DNA of 64,000 nucleotides from Synechococcaceae cyanobacterium (GTDB lineage Bacteria; Cyanobacteriota; Cyanobacteriia; PCC-6307; Cyanobiaceae): NCBI GenBank assembly GCA_046342775.1, contig JBKDOR010000095.1, positions 10,152 to 74,151 of the forward strand, read 5' to 3'. Shown piece by piece: positions 59,227 to 64,000 of this stretch (position 1 is its first letter; each line of letters starts with the position of its first letter). The notes under the pieces were generated by a model. It saw only the letters and a program-made list of their open reading frames with translations, ran no database searches and was not told where the DNA came from. The position numbers and the translations under genes were made by a program.

Positions 59227-60200
59227 GGTTCTCCGCTTCCCCAGTGATCACCCCTCCCCAACCTCGTTTCCGCATCAACCGCCATCGGCGCCTGGCCTGG
59301 GTGGGTTCCGCCCTGGCAACCCTCTTGAGTGTGGTCGGGCTCGCGCTCTGCTGGACCAACCCGGCCATTGGCGCACCGTTGAAGCCTGGCCTGGATTTCA
59401 CCGGAGGCACCCAGATCCAGCTGGAACGGGCTTGCTCCGGTCCCTGTTCAGCCCTGTCTGCCCCACAGGTGAAAGAGCGCCTGAGCAGCATCAACCTGCC
59501 CGCTGAAAAAGAAGGGTTGGCACCCCGGCTCGATTCCTCCACCGTGCAGGTGCTTGATGGAGGCCGATCGCTCGTGCTGCGGCTGCCGGCCCTCAGCCCT
59601 GACCAGGGCAGGAGGGTCATTCAGGCGCTGGGTGAAGCCTATGGACCGCTCGAGACCCGGGGGACCTCCGTCAATACGATTGGTCCCACGCTGGGCAGCC
59701 AGCTGTTGACCAGCAGCATTGTTTCGCTTCTGGTCAGCTTTGGGGCGATCGCGATTTACATCAGCTTTATGTATAGCGGCGTGTTTGCGTTCCTCGCCCT
59801 GCTCTGCCTGGCCCACGATGTATTGATCACATGCGGGGTCTTCGCCTGGCTTGGCTTGGGTCTTGGTGTAGAGGTGGATTCCCTGTTCGCCGTCTCCCTG
59901 ATCACTGTGGCCGGTTATTCGGTGACCGACACGGTGGTGGTTTATGACCGCATTCGTGAACAACGCAAAAACCTCGCTCAGCTGCCAATCAGTGATCAGG
60001 TTGATGTGGCTGTGGACGCAACCCTCACCCGCTCGCTTTACACCTCTCTCACCACGGTCTTGCCGCTGCTTGGGCTGATCTTTTTTGGGGGTAGTAGCCT
60101 ATTTTGGTTCGCCGTTGCCCTCACGGTTGGCATCTTGGTGGGCAGCTGGTCAAGCATCGGACTCGCTCCAACCTTGTTACCCGTGCTGTCGAAGCGATGA
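59223..60200 (+). CDS. secF: Protein translocase subunit SecF
   Basis: GLDFTGGT, TIGPTLG, GYSVTDTVVVYDRIRE, TRSLYTS. Confidence 0.96.
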   Translation: MRFSASPVITPPQPRFRINRHRRLAWVGSALATLLSVVGLALCWTNPAIGAPLKPGLDFTGGTQIQLERACSGPCSALSAPQVKERLSSINLPAEKEGLAPRLDSSTVQVLDGGRSLVLRLPALSPDQGRRVIQALGEAYGPLETRGTSVNTIGPTLGSQLLTSSIVSLLVSFGAIAIYISFMYSGVFAFLALLCLAHDVLITCGVFAWLGLGLGVEVDSLFAVSLITVAGYSVTDTVVVYDRIREQRKNLAQLPISDQVDVAVDATLTRSLYTSLTTVLPLLGLIFFGGSSLFWFAVALTVGILVGSWSSIGLAPTLLPVLSKR

Positions 60201-60472
60201 ATGTCGAAGGATCCTCCCAGGGTCAGGCTGTTCCCCTGAACCGCCGGATTGAGTCGGCAGGGGTTAGCAGCTCACGCCCTTCGAACCCTGTTGCTTCGCT
60301 GATCCCCCTGCTGCTGCTGCTGCTGAGCCTGCTGGATCTGCGAGTGGAGATCTTGCTGCTGATCGATCACTTCACCCTCACCAGCTTCCTTCAGGCCATC
60401 TCCTCCCATCCTTTGGCGATAACAATCCTGGTGCTCCAGAGGTCGCTTTGGCGGCGCTATCGCCGGCGTTGA
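60197..60472 (+). CDS. Small membrane hypothetical protein
   Basis: Overlaps the secF stop (ATGA); LLLLLLSLLDLRVEILLLIDHFTL...HPLAITILVLQ. Confidence 0.5.
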   Translation: MNVEGSSQGQAVPLNRRIESAGVSSSRPSNPVASLIPLLLLLLSLLDLRVEILLLIDHFTLTSFLQAISSHPLAITILVLQRSLWRRYRRR

Positions 60473-60665
60473 GACCGGCATGGTTCTCCAACCTGGCTAG
60501 CGCCTGCTGCGCTGTGAAGCGACGGGTGGAGCCCAGGCCAACAGCATTCGTGATCCACTGCATGGGTGAACGTTCAAATAGGCCTGATGTGCAGAATCCT
60601 TCGAGTTGCCCAGGTTCTCACTATGCAGGGGGAGAGAGAGAGAGAGGAACGCATCAGCCTCAACG

Positions 60666-61700
60666 TTACTCCTCTGGAGTGGCAACAGGTGAAGGCACAG
60701 GACTCCAGCGATCCATGATGTCGTGCACGAGCACTTCCTGGCCCAGCACCTGCAGCACCACCACCAGTGGCAAAGCCAGCAGCAGGCCCGGCAGCCCCAG
60801 CAGCGCTCCAAGGCTCAACTGAGCCATCAGCGACACGGTGGGAAGCAGGTTCACCGTGCGGCTCAACAGCAGCGGGGTGAGGATAAAGGCCTCGACGTTC
60901 TGCAACACCAGCCGCAGCACAAGGACCTGCAACACCTTCTCAGGAGACATCAGCAAGGCCACCGCCAGCGGCAGCAAGGTGGCGGCCGTCGGCCCGATCG
61001 TTGGCACAAAGGTCAGCACTCCGCACACCAGGGAGCTCAGCAGCGCCAGCGGCACTCCCAGCAGGTGCAGGCCTAACCAGGTGGTTAGAAACACCGTGAC
61101 CGCTGACACGGTCATCCCGGCGAGCCAGCCCCCCAGCGCCTCGCGGCACTCGCCCAGCAGCAGCCGCATCCGGGGCCGGTAGAAGCTGGGGGTGGCCGCC
61201 ACCAGCAGGCGTTGATGGCTGCGGGGATCCAACGCCAGCAGCACGGCCAACAGAGCTATCAGCATCAGCTGCACACTGAGGTTGGCGGCCCCTCCCGCGA
61301 CCCCCAACACCTGGACCCCCAAGGGTTGCAACCGATCCAGCATGTTACCGGCAAGAAGTTGGTGCTCCAGGTCGGCGAGCGCCGGCTGCTGGCGCAGCAG
61401 CTCAGTCAGGCGGACGCTCAACTGGGGCACCAAAGCCACCAGCTGCTGGATCTGTTCCAGCAGCTCAGGCAGCAGTTGCAGCCCCACCCAGCCGCCGGTG
61501 ACCAGGATCACCACCACCACCAGGATCAGAGCGGCCTGACGCTGAAGCGGCAGGAAGCGCCTCAGCATGGTGATGGGCACATCGAGGGAAACGGCCAGCA
61601 CAATGGCACCGAAGAGCACCAGCAACACCCAGCGCAATTCCCAGACCAGGAGCGCGAAGACGATCAGCGCCAGGGCGCCGAGCAAGGTGCGGGCATTCAT
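60666..61700 (-). CDS. AI-2E family transporter
   Basis: Multi-TM; FVPTIGP, LQNVEAFILTP. Confidence 0.88.
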   Translation of the reverse strand: MNARTLLGALALIVFALLVWELRWVLLVLFGAIVLAVSLDVPITMLRRFLPLQRQAALILVVVVILVTGGWVGLQLLPELLEQIQQLVALVPQLSVRLTELLRQQPALADLEHQLLAGNMLDRLQPLGVQVLGVAGGAANLSVQLMLIALLAVLLALDPRSHQRLLVAATPSFYRPRMRLLLGECREALGGWLAGMTVSAVTVFLTTWLGLHLLGVPLALLSSLVCGVLTFVPTIGPTAATLLPLAVALLMSPEKVLQVLVLRLVLQNVEAFILTPLLLSRTVNLLPTVSLMAQLSLGALLGLPGLLLALPLVVVLQVLGQEVLVHDIMDRWSPVPSPVATPEE

Positions 61701-62767
61701 CGCAGTAACCGCCTGGGATTCCAGCTATCCAGGATGTCGTGGATGAGCACATCCCGCAGCAGTACTTGCAGGCACACCGCCATCGGCAGAGCGAGCAACA
61801 GACCTAGTGGACCAAACACAACGGTGAATAACAATTGGGCGGTGAGGGTGAGGCCTGGCAGCAGCTGCAGTTGATGGTGCATGACTGACGGGGTGATCAC
61901 GTAGCTCTCCAGGTTCTGAATCAACACATAGAGCCCAAGCACAGCCAAGGCTCTCCAGGGCGACTCCAGCAAGGCCACCGACATCGGGAACAGCGTGCTC
62001 AGGGTGGGGCCCACATTGGGAATGATGTTCAACACCCCAGCCAGCACAGCGTTGGCCGCCACCAGCTTCACGCCGAGCAGCGTCAGCCCGATGGCGGCCA
62101 TGGCTCCCACGCACACGGAGCTGATCAACACCCCCACCATCCAGGCGCTGAGGGCCTCGCCGCAACGCAGGATCACCTGCCTGAAGCGTCGGCGATAGAA
62201 GGAGGGGCAGAGCAGCAACGCCACCTCCTGATAGGCCTGGGGTTGGGCGGCGATCATCAGGGCCACCGCCAGCACAAACAGAATCTTCAGCAGCGCGCCG
62301 CCCACATTGCCGGCGAAATTCACCAGTCGCAGGGCGCCACCAAGTCCCGTGGCAAGGGCATTGCCACCCTCCGCAGGTTGGCCGAGCGACTCCCAGAGGC
62401 TGTTCAGGGCGGTGTCATCGCTGCCGTAGAGCATCCGTGAAGCGCCCTGCAGTCCGCCCTGCAACAACTTCAGCAAGGCGTGGGCCGCCTGGGGCAACTT
62501 GCTGATCAGCTGGCTGAACTGGGTGGTGAAGGGTGGAATGATCACCGCGGCGCCCACGCCAACCACCAGCACGATCGCCAGCAGGGCCAGGGCCAGGGCC
62601 AAGCGGCGGCGACAGCCCAGCACTGCACGAATCCTGCCGACGATGGTGCACAAGGCGGTTGCCACCACCACGGCGGCGAAGATCAGCAGCATGGCTTCGC
62701 GCAGGCTCCACAGCAGCAACAGCGCCGCCACCAGGGCGCCAAGTCCCAGCCAGCGACCGAAGCTCAA
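61697..62767 (-). CDS. AI-2E family transporter
   Basis: Multi-[20 protein letters not shown]. Confidence 0.88.
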   Translation of the reverse strand: MSFGRWLGLGALVAALLLLWSLREAMLLIFAAVVVATALCTIVGRIRAVLGCRRRLALALALLAIVLVVGVGAAVIIPPFTTQFSQLISKLPQAAHALLKLLQGGLQGASRMLYGSDDTALNSLWESLGQPAEGGNALATGLGGALRLVNFAGNVGGALLKILFVLAVALMIAAQPQAYQEVALLLCPSFYRRRFRQVILRCGEALSAWMVGVLISSVCVGAMAAIGLTLLGVKLVAANAVLAGVLNIIPNVGPTLSTLFPMSVALLESPWRALAVLGLYVLIQNLESYVITPSVMHHQLQLLPGLTLTAQLLFTVVFGPLGLLLALPMAVCLQVLLRDVLIHDILDSWNPRRLLR

Positions 62768-63141
62768 CCCTGATCCTCGCTGGCAGCTTCATCGGCTCCA
62801 TCAGCCTGGCCGGAGAAGCCGAGCTCATGGCTATCGGCATAGCGCTGGGCGAAACGCATGAAGCGTTCGAAGTCGTCGCCTGATTTCCAGGTGTACGTGG
62901 CCTCCAAGGCGAAGGCCTTGCCATTCACGAAACGGGCCTTGACCTCACGGGTCACCAGCTCGCCTTCTTCGTCGACCATGTACATGCCGGTGATGTCTCC
63001 CATGGTTTCCGGCGCCAGGGCCACGGGCTCCTCAAACACGAACAGGGCCTGACCGGTGCGGCCATCGCGGGAGCGGGTGAGGCGGATGTCGGGGACGACG
63101 GGCTCGTCGACTCCACGGAAGAACTGGATGGCGGCCGCCAT
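62764..63141 (-). CDS. psb28: Photosystem II reaction center protein Psb28
   Basis: [23 protein letters not shown]...[12 protein letters not shown]. Confidence 0.96.
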   Translation of the reverse strand: MAAAIQFFRGVDEPVVPDIRLTRSRDGRTGQALFVFEEPVALAPETMGDITGMYMVDEEGELVTREVKARFVNGKAFALEATYTWKSGDDFERFMRFAQRYADSHELGFSGQADGADEAASEDQG

Positions 63142-63240
63142 GGCAATCGACGAAACCCTGATCCTAAGGATCAGCCCCCGGGAGGGCCTTGCGGCTGTAA
63201 GAGTGGGCCGCAATCCAGCTTGTGCCCGCAAACGTTCGCC

Positions 63241-63975
63241 ATGCTCTCCGGCCCCCCGGTCTCCAGCACCGTCAGCCCCGAGCAACTCCTGGAGCGCTTT
63301 GAGGCGAGTGCACCCCGCCAACGCCAATCGCTCCTGCGCCAAGTGGTGCAACGACAGCAGGAGCTGGCGCCCTTGATCCAGGAGCGACTCGACAGCCTGG
63401 ACGCCACCGCCGATGACTGGACAGGGGGCTGCCTGCTGCAGATCCTCATCGCAACCGATCCCCCTGGCCGGGATGCCCTGCTGGCCCGCTATCCGGAGGG
63501 GTGGCTGGCGGTCGCCAGCGCTGCCGGCATCGACTACGCACCACTCCAGCGCCATCTGTTGCTGCAGGACTTCGAGGCGGCCGATCGGCTCACCTCCAGC
63601 ATCCTGCGCCAGCTGGCCGGTTCCGCGGCCGAACGGCGCGGCTATGTGTACTTCAGCGAAGTGGCCGCCATGCCGGCGGTGGATCTCGAAAGCCTTGACC
63701 GCCTCTGGCTGGCCTACTCGCGCGGACGCTTCGGCTTTTCGATCCAGGGCCGCCTCCTGGCGGCGGTGGATGGCCAATGGGAACGTCTCTGGCCGCGCCT
63801 GGGTTGGAAGCAGGATGGGGTCTGGACCCGTTATCCCGGCTCATTTACCTGGTCGCTGGAGGCTCCGGAGGGGCACATGCCGCTGATCAATCAGCTGCGT
63901 GGGGTGCGTCTGATGGATGCGCTGTTGCGGCACCCCGCCCTGGCTCGTCGCATCGCCGCCTCCTTGCGGAACTAG
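63241..63975 (+). CDS. GUN4 domain protein (Mg-chelatase activator, Ycf53)
   Basis: [11 protein letters not shown]...[35 protein letters not shown]. Confidence 0.92.
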   Translation: MLSGPPVSSTVSPEQLLERFEASAPRQRQSLLRQVVQRQQELAPLIQERLDSLDATADDWTGGCLLQILIATDPPGRDALLARYPEGWLAVASAAGIDYAPLQRHLLLQDFEAADRLTSSILRQLAGSAAERRGYVYFSEVAAMPAVDLESLDRLWLAYSRGRFGFSIQGRLLAAVDGQWERLWPRLGWKQDGVWTRYPGSFTWSLEAPEGHMPLINQLRGVRLMDALLRHPALARRIAASLRN

Positions 63976-64000
63976 GCTTTCAGCTGGTCCTGACGCTCCG

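Noticed and set aside
60632-60645. (GA)7 microsatellite
   Set aside because: It lies between convergent gene ends, so a phase-variation role is unlikely.
1-64000. CRISPR arrays, tRNA or rRNA genes
   Set aside because: I saw no regularly spaced repeat-spacer units or cloverleaf/rRNA signatures by eye.

Overview
This is a GC-rich cyanobacterial chromosome segment, most likely from a picocyanobacterium (Cyanobium/Synechococcus-like). The assignment rests on psb28, GUN4, PtrA/PhoBR, secDF-pdhB synteny and GCGATCGC (HIP1) sites. Four accessory regions stand out. (1) 1-10439 (-): the first part of an extracellular contractile injection system (eCIS, Afp/PVC-like), running off the left edge. It has two unusually large sheath proteins, one with a long Ala-rich helical insertion and one with an FN3-like insertion. 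(2) 15456-17494: a serralysin-like RTX metalloprotease with an apparent 5' frameshift. (3) 35566-44685: a TerY-P-type vWA/kinase/PP2C triad with an FHA membrane protein, divergent from an FHA-fused class A penicillin-binding protein. (4) About 46920-51700: an AT-richer islet with an IS5 remnant and two paralogous tandem C-type-lectin proteins carrying PEP-CTERM-like tails. The rest is nutrient and housekeeping genes: K+ channel, NDH-2, cysA, sqr, pstS-ptrA-phoB-phoR with Pho boxes, an ExbB/ExbD cluster, cysK, amt with an atypical PII, GST, photolyase, rsmA, ispE, pdhB, secDF, AI-2E transporters, psb28 and GUN4. I found no tRNA, rRNA or CRISPR array. All family assignments come from motif recognition by eye; no database searches were run.
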